A DNA stretch of 64,000 nucleotides from the human T2T-CHM13v2.0 reference genome, Homo sapiens: NCBI RefSeq assembly GCF_009914755.1, contig NC_060938.1, one strand, 5' to 3'. The notes under the pieces were generated by a model. It was not told the DNA's origin. It saw only the letters and a list, made by a program, of their open reading frames with translations, and ran no database searches. Numbering within the stretch: the stretch's first letter is position 1; each line of letters opens with the position of its first letter. A program made the translations under genes and the position numbers. This document shows, piece after piece, positions 1 to 14,134 of the stretch.

Positions 1-1921
1 GAAAAATAGGAGGACATGGCTTCTAGAACCTATATGGAGCATGTATATGTATATGTATATACAAAGGAGATCCCATGGTATGGGACCCAGGGAATAAATA
101 CACCTCCTTCTTCTATCTCCTACTGGTATACCACACTGGCCTAACCCAAAGGGAAATCAGAGGACCATGGAGCCAGTTGATGTGGTCCACATGTGGAGCC
201 CCCTAAGGCCCAGAGCAGGGTGGGTGAGGGTGGGAGTGGATCCAGAGGACAAATAAAGGAAGACATCTAGTGAGTAGCTATGAACTTCAGGGCCTTTTCC
301 ATACCTCCAGGCCCTCTTCACTAGGACAAATGCATCTCTCCATGCCTATCTTGGCATCTGTTTTCTGGGAGGAAAAGCTCTTAAGTTCTCGCCCTCTCTG
401 GAGTGGAGGCAAGGAGCCAATCACTGGGATCTGGCTCTGTCAGAACAGCTGGGCCACCAGGCAGAGCAGACCAGAAAGAGCTAGAAGCTATGCTCTTTCC
501 CCAAAAGGGGGGAAAAAAAAACCCAGGTCAGTGGAAAAGGCCAGTTGGCAGTGAGCAAAGTTCAACCCTGCTCATTTCTGTCAACATCCTCTGGTAGCCA
601 GGGGCACTGAAAGTAGGCAGGAGTCAGGAAAATTCCAAGAAGCTTTTACTAAAAATAAAGCAAATAGCCATTTCTTACAAGATGGCCAGCCACTAATTAG
701 CTGTAGTACTTTTGTATAAAGAGAGGCTCTTTAGCTACAGAATATGAATTTAAAAGCTAAGCTTCATCCAAAGTGGCAATTAAGGGCTTTTCCCAATCAT
801 AATAAACCTTGGTCTTCCTTTCCTAAGCCAGTTCCACATCTTGTTGCCAGAGCAAACCCATCAGCTCATTCCCGGCTTCCTTCTCCAAACAGAGCAGAGC
901 CCTGACACTCCGCAGAGCAAATGCTGTCTGACTGCGCTCTCCAGACTCCCTGGGTCTCCAGAGCAGGGATGTGATAGGTGAGAGAAGCAGCAGAGAGTTG
1001 GGGCTCATTACATAAAGGAAGGGGAAGCGCTGAGCTAAGCTCAGTGTGGCCAATTGTTGCCAGGCAAGGATGTAGGCCCCATGTGGCCAGATCTAACCAG
1101 CTTTCAACTCAAGCCCCCAAGTTGGTAGTCTATACAAAATTTCTTGATGATCTTGGAAATCAAACAAAACAATCTACAGGCCGGTTGTGGCCCACGCCTG
1201 CCGGTATGTGACTTCTGGGCAAGAGGGTATGCATCGGAAGAGGACCCGGAAAAACACGGAGGGGGCAGCAGGGTAAAGAGCTACATTTAAAAGAATCCTA
1301 AACTGGGAGGGAATTAGGAGCAGCCAGTAGTAAAGAGGATTTTGAGAGTGGCCGAAATTGGGAGAGGTTTTTAAGATGCTTTGCGATACACTGAGAATGA
1401 ATTCTGCATTTGGATATTACCTCGAGAAACTGAATAAAGATTTATATTCTCTGTTATTCTTTGGTTGGCAGACTCTGATGCTTGGAGTTGAGCCTGTGTC
1501 ACACAGAGCCATGTGGCTGCCAGGCCTCTCTGCGGATGCTCACATTCGCAGGATTATGGTCTGTGTCCTCCCATCATACCTGAGGGCAGGGTGAGGGCAT
1601 GCTTTGCTTCTCACTAGTTGTTGAATGAATGTCTCTGCCTTAGTCCTGCTTCCTTTTTCAAGAGAGACAAATTTGTTTAACTCACTTTCACTTTCCCCTG
1701 GGCCACTCAGCCTAATTCATCACAATGTAAATTAGCAAAGATAGAGCGGACTTCTCTTGAGGCTGCAACCCGAGCTTGCTCCAGCAATGCTGGTGTTCTA
1801 GTGACAGGAAACAGCCAGAAGAAGACACTTACCCTACTTCTTGAACCAGGGTTCTCAGTCAGCTATCCTAGTGGTTCCTCCTAGAGGGTAGGCTGTATCT
1901 CTTGCCTTCACACTACAGAAG

Positions 1922-2400
1922 TGGATTAGTTATCTATGTTGTGTAAAAGACTACCCTGAATCTTAGTGGTTTAGAAAAAGAAAAGTTACTATCTTAGGTT
2001 TCTCATTATCAGGAGTCCTAGCACAGCTTAGCTGGATGTCCCACTTAAGATCTCTCACAAGGCTGCAGTCATCTCAATGCTCAACCCGGGGAAGATCCAC
2101 TTCCAAACTGGCTTTCCTGTCTGTTGCCAGGTCTCACATCCTCCCTGGCTGTTGACTGGAGACATCACTCCTTGCCACGTGGACTTCTCCAAAGGGCAGC
2201 TCACAATATGCGGCTGCCTTCCTTCAGAACAAACCCGTGAGAAAGCGTGTCTTTTTGTAACCCAATCTCTATAGTGACATCTCACTGATTTTGCCCTATT
2301 ATATTAATTAGAAGCAAGTCCCTTTGTCCATCCCACATTCAATGGGAAGGGATGTCACAAAGCTTGTATGCCCGGAGGTGAGGACCATTGGCAGTTTTAA
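1922..2400 (-). mobile_element. MLT1-family (MaLR) LTR remnant
   Basis: Starts with ATTAGTTATCTATGTTGTGTAA, resembling the reverse complement of the MLT1 3' end; diverged internal MLT1-like blocks; boundaries approximate. Confidence 0.65.
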
Positions 2401-2719
2401 TCCAGCCTTGCTATTCAGTGCCCACAAGGGGCACAAGCAGCAATGAAATGGTCATCTCACTCTGAACATAACTCTGGCTCATCTCTTTGAAGAAGCTGGG
2501 AGTACACATAATTTCTGATAGCTACCATCTTCCTCCAAAAGTTAAATCCTGATGTACTTACACGCATGTACCGTGGACATACACCTTATATACAAATCCT
2601 AGGGAAAGTTGAGTCCCATTGTAGCTTATCGAGAAGAGTGAGCCTAGAACACAAAAACAGAATATTTTCTCCATAATGTCCTGGTACCTGTGGGTTTCAG
2701 TTTTGGTTGTGCCTTTTCT

Positions 2720-2915
2720 AAGTTGTGGGACTTTGGGCAAGAAACTTCCTTACGTCTCCATTGCCTCATCTGTAAATGAGGGGTAATAATAGAATTCATA
2801 TCACTGGGTTTGTGGTGGGATTAAATAACAGTGATTACATATACAAGGGCCTAGCAGAGTGCCTGGCACATTCTAGGTACTAAGGAAATCTTGGTGCCTA
2901 TCATTATCATTATTA
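2720..2915 (+). mobile_element. MIR SINE
   Basis: MIR core-like CTTTGGGCAAG...CCTCATCTGTAAATGAGGGGTAATAATAG...GTGCCTGGCACA. Confidence 0.7.
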
Positions 2916-4558
2916 TTCACTGCTACTCTTTAATCTAATGTATTGCCCTTCCAGACTTCCGCACTTAAAACCTGGCTTGCCTCCTTTTAGGATTTCTAAA
3001 AGCTGGTCAATGCTAAAAACTTATGGACAGCTTTTTATGGCACCAATATATGTAAATTATAATCAGTCTTTGGAGGCCTAACGCTGGTAATTGGCTTCCA
3101 TCAAAATAAGGCTTCTCAAAATCTTTAATAGAACAGGTTATTGAGAAAGTTTGCATGGAACAAAACATTACAGATTGGGAAATGCAAAGTTGATCTTTCA
3201 CATTTCGTTGCTTTAATCATCACACACATTTTAAAGGGACATTCTGTGAATGTGAATAACCAAGGGCTACTTGGGCACGTTTGGCAAATTTGAGGGAATC
3301 TGCACAGAGAAGGGGAATATGGTCTCAGATCTTCTTACTAGGGTTGGAGCGTCCAAGTGTTTTAGAGGGAAGACAGCCCACAGACACGTTGCTCCCCAAT
3401 GTTATATTGTGGAGTTAAACAGAGCTGAATGTCTCTTACTACTTGCCTGAGGCAATGTTAGTTGCATTCCAAAAGTTTTGAAATACATGGGCAGATATAT
3501 GATCTATGGAATAATTGCTGACTTTCCATGTGCTTTGAAAAAGGGCTTAGGAGGGCAAAGCCACTTCTTTTTCTCTCTCCCAACTTTTTTTTCCCCTGGG
3601 AAGCAACAGGATTTTGACCCACTTCACATCCGCCTCCTGCCTCTGGTTTTGAAATCTGCAGCCTGATGGCTTGTTTGCTTGTTAGCATGAAAGGCTTGCC
3701 CTGGGTCTGTGCTTGCTTGTTAGTAAAGAACCAACAAGCATTGCAGTCCAAAGGTAATCACAGAATGAAATCACTTCCAGATGCTAAACCCACTCCTGAT
3801 GGTGAAAGCAGACTTTACAATTGCAGTGGACCAGGTATTCAATGGCTCTCACCCAATCCTATTAGGGTTTTGAACATGCACATGTGTTCTCCTCCTCCTT
3901 TTTTCTCTCTCCCTCTTCTTCTTTTTTCTTCCCTCTATCACTCCTTGGTTTCCTCAGCTTGGATCAATTTCAATTTGAAGAGCAAAATCAAAGCTGGATA
4001 TAACCCAGCCTCAATTCTCCCATAAGTATCTGAGCTCCTGTTATCTTGGGATCTATTATATGACGATAGCTCCCTGTTAGAGCTCCAGTCACCAAAGACA
4101 GGAGTAACTCTTTCTTCCAGCTCCATCCTCAATGGCCTGTCCCACGCCAAGTGCAAACATGAAGAGTGTTGTTCCTTGGACAGCAGATAAAGTGGCCAGA
4201 GGGATCATTCTGCCTGAAGAGCTACAAAGCTGAAAAGGGATCACTGTCCATACTCAAATCAGAATTATCACAGAAATGAGACTAGCTGAACAGAGCTGGA
4301 ACCCACAATGGTAGAGTATGTGGGCTCAGCAGTGACATGGGAGCCAGTGTTCTCATCCTCTGCATGCTGAGCTGTGTCAGAGCTTCTCACAGAGTTCAAG
4401 AAAAGAGGGAAGGAAAGAAGATAGAAAGGGGGAGAGGAAGAAAATAAGGCTAAAAGAAGAAAAGAAATCAGTACTAAAAGAATATTGTTATTTAATCATA
4501 GCACTAAAATCTGAGGAAGAATAAAATCAAGAAGACTTTCAAAAGAGGAATTCATAGG

Positions 4559-4861
<303 letters not shown>

Positions 4862-5630
4862 TCATCATACACATATTGATTTTCTCCTCTCCTAAAGTGA
4901 GTACCATGAAATCCAATTTCATGTCCTATCTCAGCCTTACCCCTGAAATAAATTAAGTGGCAGAATCTTTTCCTTCATTCGCCAATTAGACTCCTTCACC
5001 AAGCCTCCAATGGTAGATGTGACAATTTGTGAAGACAAGAATCTGTATGATTTGATCATATGCATGTAGATAAAACACACATAAAACATTTGAATACAGC
5101 TAGTAGAAGAGCTTTTTTTGAAAAAATATTTTATTTGGCTTATTGGTAGTTAGTATACTTATTAAATTATTACTTCCCTTGCGGATAATTCATTACATTT
5201 TAAATGCTGCACAAATGTATTTCTTCCCTGGCAGAATAGCATGTAGCTTTGCTCACATTCAACCATTTATTCCCAGATGTTTATATCCACAGGGTCTAAG
5301 AACTCCATAAAACCTAGGATAATAGCACATTGAAAATATCTGGCCACAACCCATAAAAGAGTGTGCATAATAAAACTGCTCCCACCCGCCAATCCTCCCT
5401 TCAATGCAAACCTTCCAAATGTTTTAAAGTAATTTTCCAAAGGTGCAATGGGGGTGGATACCCCAAATCCTATATTCTCACATCACTGAGACCTGAATTC
5501 AAGATCAAATTGAGGAAGTACATGTATTCAACCCCTTTAAAAATAATCTTTTAAAACAAATCCAGAAAAAAATGTAAGTTTTAAATAGCTAGTGAACAGC
5601 TAGTGTTTTCTCACAAGGAAAAACACAAGG

Positions 5631-5675
5631 TCTCTCTCTCTCTATCTCTCTCTGTGTGTGTGTGTGTGTGTGTGT
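5631..5675. repeat. (CT)n(GT)n compound microsatellite
   Basis: tctctctc...tgtgtgtg seen directly. Confidence 0.9.
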
Positions 5676-6466
5676 AAATATATGCCCAGAGTGATGAATG
5701 TCTTCTCCAAATGGCCAGATTCTTGTCATCCTGTTTACATTTAGGCAATGGCTCCTTCTCCAATCATTCGCTAATGCTGTTTTTTAAAATTTAATTTTAG
5801 AAATAGAAATTATTTAATGTCTAACTTTCAAACAGCTATTCACTTTTGAAGTATGATAATTTATGCCTGACAAATAGCAAAATTCCCTAGTTCATTCATT
5901 TTTAGATTTCTATTAGAAGAAAAGGGCATCCAAAATGCTGACAAGTTAAATGCCCAGTGAGTCAACAACAACTGCTGGGCCTTGTCTACTTAAGAGGTTA
6001 GAATTAGGCATACGAAGGAGAAAACTCTGCTTCTGCCTCAAGGGGGGTAGTGGGCAATGATAGGAAACTGGTTGATGTGATATAAATGGGAGGAAGATGT
6101 AATATATGAACACACCAACACCCACCATGGCTACCCAGAGAGACATGAATATACTTGGGGACGTGGGAAAAAGAAAGGACTTGAGCCTGTACAGTGGAAT
6201 AAGGCAGGGGACAGACAGGGGAGCAGTATAATTGGTTGTGTAGTAGAAACCAAACTACATTTGAAGTCAGAAAATCTGGGGTCTAGTATAGGCTTTTCAT
6301 CTTAGTCATGTGACTCGGACTTAGTTTCCTCATCTTCAAAGTTGAGACAGTCACTCCTACCTTGAATGGTTGCTGAAGAGACCAAATGAGCTAAGAGGCT
6401 TTGCAAGTTGTGAAGTAACATGCATGTCTGCCTTATCAGAGTAGGTGAAGTTGTGTAGAGAGTTAG

Positions 6467-6780
6467 ACATAGATGGAGCTGGAGGCCATTATCCTTAGCA
6501 AACTAACACAGGAACAGAAAACCAAATACTGCATGTTCTCACTTATAAGTGGGAGGTAAATGAGGAGAACACATGGACACATGTGGAGGGGGACAACACA
6601 CACTGGGGCCTTTCAGAGGGTGGAGGGTGGGAGGAGGGAGAGGATCAGGAAAAAATAACTAATGGGTACTTGGCTTAATACCTGGACGATGAAAGCTCTG
6701 TACAACAAACCCCCATGACACAAGTGTACCTATGTAACAAACTGCACTTGTACCCCTGAACTTAAAAAAATTTAAAAAAA
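6467..6780 (+). mobile_element. Older primate L1 3' end fragment (L1PA/PB-like)
   Basis: GAGCTGGAGGCCATTATCCTTAGCAAACTAACACAGGAACAGAAAACCAAATACTGCATGTTCTCAC, then a G-rich 3' UTR and A tail. Confidence 0.85.
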
Positions 6781-7024
6781 GTTTTTAAAGAGACAGTTGA
6801 TGAGATTAAAACATCCTGGAACCTAGGCTCACTTTTTTCCAGGCCTAACACATAACTGAGTGATGCTTTTCACCTTCTTTTCTTGTCTGTTAAATGGGAA
6901 TTACGGTATTCGTTTTATGTGGTTGTTGTATGATCAAGTAAAAGACTATACACAAGAGATTTGTAAAGAGTGAGGAGCTATTCAAACTTAAGGTGTGGTC
7001 ACACTTTGGTGCAACACAACATGC

Positions 7025-7150
7025 ACTCATTCATTCGCCATTTATTCAACAAACATTTGAGCATTAAGCTATGCCAGACCCTGTCAAGGCCTAGGAATAT
7101 TATGGTGAATAAAACAGACATGACCTTGTCTTCGTGGAACTTATAGTCAA
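7025..7150 (-). mobile_element. L2 3' end fragment
   Basis: CATTCATTC...TTTATTCAACAAACATTTGAGCA, the reverse complement of an L2 tail. Confidence 0.6.
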
Positions 7151-7292
7151 GTCTGTTAACAAAGTATTTGCAAAGTGAAATGAGCAAGCCCACTTTTTGA
7201 AACCATATATATGTACAACATTCTACCATACATACCCTTAACACAAAAAACAAGAGTCAGGAAAGTTTAGTTTAAAAATAACAAGATAAACA

Positions 7293-7590
7293 CTCTGGGC
7301 ACAGTAGCTCACACCTGTAATCCCAGCACTTTGGGAGGCTGAGGCCGGTGGACCACTTGGGGTCAAGAGTTTGAGACCGGCCTGGCCAACATAGTGAAAC
7401 CCCATCTCTACTAAAAATACAAAAATTAGCCAGGCATGGTGGCACATGCCTGTAGTCCCAGCTACTCAGGAGGCTGAGGTGGAAGGATTGCTTGAGCCTG
7501 GGAGGCAGCAGTTGCGGTGAGCCAGATGGCGCCACTGCACTCCAGCCTGGGTGACAAAGCAAGACCCTGTCTCAAAGAAAACAAAAACAA
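7293..7590 (+). mobile_element. Alu (J/old S-type)
   Basis: Alu dimer; TSD AAAATAAC(A/T)AGATAAACA. Confidence 0.93.
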
Positions 7591-7747
7591 AAATAACTAG
7601 ATAAACAATTAGAGAAGAAGATTCTGTTTCAGATCTTCTTAGGTAACCACTCAAAGTCTTTGTGGCCCTGTTTTTCTATCAGTAAGGTTGTGCTAGTATA
7701 GGTTCTACCTGCTTCAAAGGATTTCCTTTTAAGATATGTGGGGAGGT

Positions 7748-8042
<295 letters not shown>

Positions 8043-8265
8043 TGTGGGGAGATGCCCTATTCTACATCTGGCTGATTAAAACTACTGCAAGAGGGACTAG
8101 TGGATCATTGATCTGATTTATTAGACAAGTCAATGGCATAAAGAAGAGAGGGAAAGAAAGAAAGAGTATTAGCAGATACTTAAGAGATAAAACCACCAAA
8201 TAACGCGTGGACTTTGGATATAACAACCACTCGTAACATAATTTTAAGATAATCATGGAAAGTTA

Positions 8266-8751
<486 letters not shown>

Positions 8752-11539
8752 TTATATATAAAAGGAAAAAAATTGAAGTCAACAAAAGTGTGCACACATA
8801 GACATATTTTACAACCATATCTTAAAGCCAGCATTACTCATTTTTCCCCTTTCCTCTGGTACACAAAATCGATTACACAACTCTTTGAAGGTGAAACATT
8901 TCTTGTAATTAAGTTCATTTTGGGGTGAGGAAAGAAAACTGTAAACATAGAATATCGGAAAGGAAGCTCCCACACTTATTTCTCTGTAACAACATTTCAT
9001 TAAATTCATAGATGCTAGCCTTGAACTGAGTGATTGAGGAAGCTTGGGTTCTTCTGGCACTGCATCTGGCTTTTGTATGGTTGCAAGGTTGTGGTAGGGG
9101 CAAAGGATAAGTGGGTGGAAAGGCGTAAAGGAAGTCAAACCGCTTCACAAATGATTTGATGCCTTCAGACTTTGCAGATTAAATCAGTACTGAAGGGACA
9201 ACCTTCACTGCACCAAACCAGGTTATGAGATTTCATTTATTCTGCTAAACTCTATTGTGATATTCTTTGTGTGGTGACATTTATTAAATTAGCCACATAG
9301 CTACCAGCTCTCTACTCCACTTAAGGCTGAAGGACTTCTCCAGTCTGTTTCTCTGTATTTTAAAATAGATGAAGCATAACATAAGTAGACTTAATGACAA
9401 GAGTTCAAAATTAATGACAACAATGCAAACCTGATCATTTGTGTTATAGGAAAAAGCAAAACCCTTCTTAAAATGCCTCAAGTCTTTTGTTTGCTGTGGT
9501 CCTGGAAATCTGGAGGTTTGAATGGTGAGTATAATAGGAACATCCTAGGCGCCATAACAGCCCCATAAATATCTCCTCAGCAGAGCTGTGTGTCTCCCCC
9601 TGGACTTGAGGAGCTTTCTTTGAAGTCACAGGGCAGAAGCTGTGCACGCGGAAGAGGTATGCAACTTATTGTTATCATTATTTGCCATTGCTTTAGAAGC
9701 TTTTAAGTAATACTAGATTTATCACATTTTTCTTAGCAGCAAATTTTAGTTTCATCTAGAGTTTCTTCTGAAGCCTGAACCAATAAACTGGCTTGTCTTT
9801 GTAGTTGATCTGCCACAGTAGTTCCCATATTTTTCTGCCAAGAAGCCCTTTTAGAATCTGATTAAACGGGTAACATGACATTTATAGTTTCAAAGATTAG
9901 AACACCTGGAAGGAGGCCCAGAACTTACCCAGTCTCTTGGGGACCTTCTAGTACAAAGCAGACTGGACGTTGTTGGATGGATCTAACTCGGAGCCAGCTT
10001 TTGCTCCCATCTCCTCCTGAGGTCCACCCCCATCTATGGCAGCCCCCTTACGTTGCACTGCCTAGCACTGCACATAAAAAGTGCTCAGTAAAGGTTTCGT
10101 ATTCTTGATTTAATTTTGCTGAGGAGCCTAAAGGTAGTGTGCTTTGCATGTGATATAAACGATTTGATTTGCACTGGATTGCATGATATAACCATTGCAT
10201 GGAAGGCGGGCAGACAGTTACAGAACCAGTTGAAAAAACCTCCATTCCTGTTTAGGTTTACACCGTTGCTTTCTATCTTCACATAATAAAGTCCATCATT
10301 TATTTCTTTAAAACACACACCCACACCTTGTTTTTTTTAATAATTACAAAAGTAAAACATGCACATAGTCAAAAAATTTAGTAAACATAAATAAGCCTTT
10401 TCATACTACCTATGATCATTGGTATTAAGTTTAGCTGCACTATCATTCTATTATTTCTGTATGTGTGTGTATATCCATATTATCTTGTACTGTTCAGTTA
10501 AAAATGTGTCTTGCATTTCTGCACACATCTGCCCACTGTCTCTAAGCCTCCTTTGAAATGATTTTTAAAAGATTCATTTTTAAATTCAAACCACTGTAGT
10601 AGTGAAAAATGGAACTGAGAGTGGTCAGTGAATCAGAAAATTTGAAGGATTATCATCCATAGAAAAGAAAAGGCATCTGGTAAGTGGAGAAGTTGTGGCA
10701 GAAGTGACAGAAGCCCAAACTCCAGAGATAAAGACCGACCTTTGCAAGCCCCACCCCCACTGCCCCCAAAACAATCCTAGTTCAGAAATTACAAATTAGC
10801 CTGAAATGTTAAAGAATTGCATTTGGGATAGCTGGGATGGGTGGGGTCTATCTCTCAATAGATAGAATAACTAGTGAGGCAGCTTTTGCCTTCCAAAGGA
10901 TGTAGGAAATACGTCTAGGAAGGCCAATGATGAGGGAGTTGTGGGTCAAAAAAAGGGACTTAAGTCTGAGATAATCTGGACCCCCATAACAGCTCAGGAA
11001 AAAAGACAGAGCCACTCAGCATTGATAACCCTGATGACCTTCACCCCAGAGATAAGTCATCCTGACTCTGGCAACTTTTCAGGAACCTCAGCCTGATTAC
11101 AGACTCACTCCAAAATTGTAGAGCTCCAGGAGGCAACAGAGCAGTGTACCCAAAGGTCTGAGGGAAAGCAATTTTGAACTTAATTTTCTATATTCAGCCA
11201 AATTTCAATCAAGTATGAGGGTAAAAGACAGCACTTGTAGACACATAAGAATTCAGTAAGTTTAGTAACTATACACACAGTAAGAAAAAATTACTTGTGA
11301 AGTAACCCAGCAAAACCAAAAAATAAGCCAAGAAAGCAGAAAAAGATGAGGTACAAGAAGCTTCAGTTACCTGAAATGACCCAGAAAGATTTACAGAAGT
11401 AAAAAAGAAATTTAAAGGTCATCCTTTAGAGAGGGATACACGTACTATCCTTGTTTGAGTGACAAAATATTTTAAATTAAGGATTATATTTTCTTCTCTA
11501 TAGGTTCAATCATATTTATTTCTAGAGAGATTATATTAA

Positions 11540-11767
<228 letters not shown>

Positions 11768-12283
11768 TAGACAAAGAACAGAATACTAAATTATTGTTTT
11801 AAAAGCTTGTAATGACTATAAATGCTGATACAATAAAAAGTAGGAGTTCAACAGAAGGAAAGATGAAAAGCCACTCAAGTTCTAAATTCCTCACATTTTG
11901 TACCTAGAGGCCAATGGATAATGCCTGAATTTGATAAAAACAAGAAATAGAAGCATAATTATTTTTGAAAATTACAGTTAAAACTGTTAGAATCAGAAGC
12001 AGAAACCATTAGCAGCATAGAGAGGGGGCAGTGGGGATTAGGGAAAGGGAAAACTTAGTTTTCATTTCACATATCCCTATACAGTGTGATTGTTTTAACC
12101 ATGTGTAGCATTACCTTCACAGTTACATATCTTGAACCTATTTCCAGGTGTAACCCAAATGTTACCAGCTTGTGGACATAATTGAAATCACATTTATATT
12201 TATGCCCAAATTGTAATGGTGCTAAGTCTTCATTTGCTCATGCAGGAACTTAGCTCCCAGTTAGTGCCTCCCAGTTATTTCTT

Positions 12284-13209
12284 TTATATAAAAATATATA
12301 TTTTTATTATACTTGAAGTTCTAGGGTACATGTGCACAACGTGCAGGTTTGTTACATATGTATACATGTGCCATGTTGGTGTGCTGCACCCATTAACTCG
12401 TCATTTACATTAGGTATATCTCCTAATGCTATCCCTCCCCCAGCCTCCCACACCACAACAGGCCCCAGTGTGTGATGTTCCCCTTCCTGTGTCCAAGTGT
12501 TCTCATTGTTCAATTCCCACCTATGAGTGAGAACATGCAGTGTTTGGTTTTTTGTCCTTGCGATAGTTTGCTCAAAATGATGGTTTCCAGTTTCATCCAT
12601 GTCCCTACAAGGACATGAACTCATCCTTTTTTATGGCTGCATAGTATTCCATGGTGTATATGTGCCACATTTTCTTAATCCAGTCTATCATTGTTGGACA
12701 TTTGAGTTGGTTCCAAGTCTTTGCTATTGTGAATAGTGCCGCAATACACATACGTGTTCATGTGTCTTTATAGCAGCATGCTTTATAATCCTTTGGGTAT
12801 ATACCCAGTAATGGGATGGCTGGGTCAAATAGTATTTCTAGTTCTAGATCCCTGAGGAATCACCACACTGTCTTCCACAATGGTTGAACTAGTTTACAGT
12901 TCCACCAACGTGTAAAAGTGTTCCTATTTCTCCACATCCTCTTCAGCACCTGTTGTTTCCTGACTTTTTAATGATCGCCATTCTAACTGGTGTGAGATGG
13001 TATCTCATTGTGGTTTTGATTTGCATTTCTCTGATGGCCAGTGATGATGAGCATTTTTTCACATGTCTGTTGGCTGCATAAATGTCTTCTTTTGAGAAGT
13101 ATCTGTTCATACCCTTCACCCACTTGTTGATGGGGCTGTTTGTTTTTCTTGTAAATTTGTTTGAGTTCTTTGTAGATTCTGGATATTAGCCCTTTGTCAG
13201 ATGAGTAGA
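12284..13209 (-). mobile_element. 5'-truncated L1PA element (~930 bp: end of ORF2 and 3' UTR)
   Basis: Near-consensus L1PA 3' sequence (GTACATGTGCACAACGTGCAGGTTTGTTACATATG...); ORF2 remnant [19 protein letters not shown]; TSD on both sides. Confidence 0.95.
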
Positions 13210-13771
13210 TTAGTGCCTCCCAGTTATTTCTTGGGGCCCCTAAAAGAATCACTCTCACATAGGCATAGAAATATCTTTCAGCTCCAGCCACCATGGTCCC
13301 TTTTGCTGCGTTCTTTCTCCTCTGCTTCTTGGCACTTGATATATTCTTGCACATCATTTTTAAAGACAGTCATCATTTCTTTTCTTTAAAAGATCTTCAA
13401 GTACTTCTTGTCTCCCACTCCAGACTTTCTTTTTTTTCCACTCCACACTTTCAAATCAAAAGTCAAACTTCCAATGTAGAAAATGCACAGGAGGTATAGG
13501 AAGAGGGTAAACAACATAATGAGGAAACAACCAAGCACATCCCGAAGGTGTGACAGCCTGCAGGACAACTGGTTTCATCTTTTCAATTAGTCTACGTTGC
13601 AGTTGGTGCTACGTTCAAATTAAGACTTAAGGGACACAACAAGATGCCACAGCGTTCTGCGTTAGATTCTGTAAAGGACATTTTAGGGTCACTGGGAAAT
13701 TTGATTTTGATCTAGTTGTTGTATGGGATAAAAACTGAAAATATCCCAATGGAAAGGTGGAGCTTATTGAC

Positions 13772-14134
13772 TGATATAGTTTGGCTGTGTCCCCACCCAA
13801 ATCTCATCTTGAGTTGTAGCTCCCATAATCCCCACATGCCATGGGAGGGACTCAGTAGGAGGTAATTGAATCATGAGGGTGGGTTTTTCCCATGCTGTTT
13901 TAATGATAGTGAATACGTCTCACAAGATCTGATGGTTTTTAAAGGTCAGATCCCCCGCACAAACTCTCTTGCCTGCCGCCATATAAGACGTGCCTTTGCT
14001 CCTCCTTTACCTTCTGCCATGATTGCGAGGCCTCCCCAGCCATGTGTAACTGTGAGTCCATTACATCTCTTTTTCTTTATAAATTACCCAGTCTTGGGTA
14101 TTTCTTCATAGCAGTATGAAAATGGACTAATACA
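13772..14134 (+). mobile_element. THE1-family solo LTR (MaLR)
   Basis: TGATATAGTTTGGCTGTGTCCCCACCCAAATCTCATCTTG...ATGGACTAATACA; TG...CA ends; 5-bp TSD TTGAC/ATGAC. Confidence 0.93.

Noticed and set aside
12352-13357. ORFs resembling L1 ORF2 C-terminus
   Set aside because: Off-frame or frameshifted fragments of a 5'-truncated, non-autonomous L1
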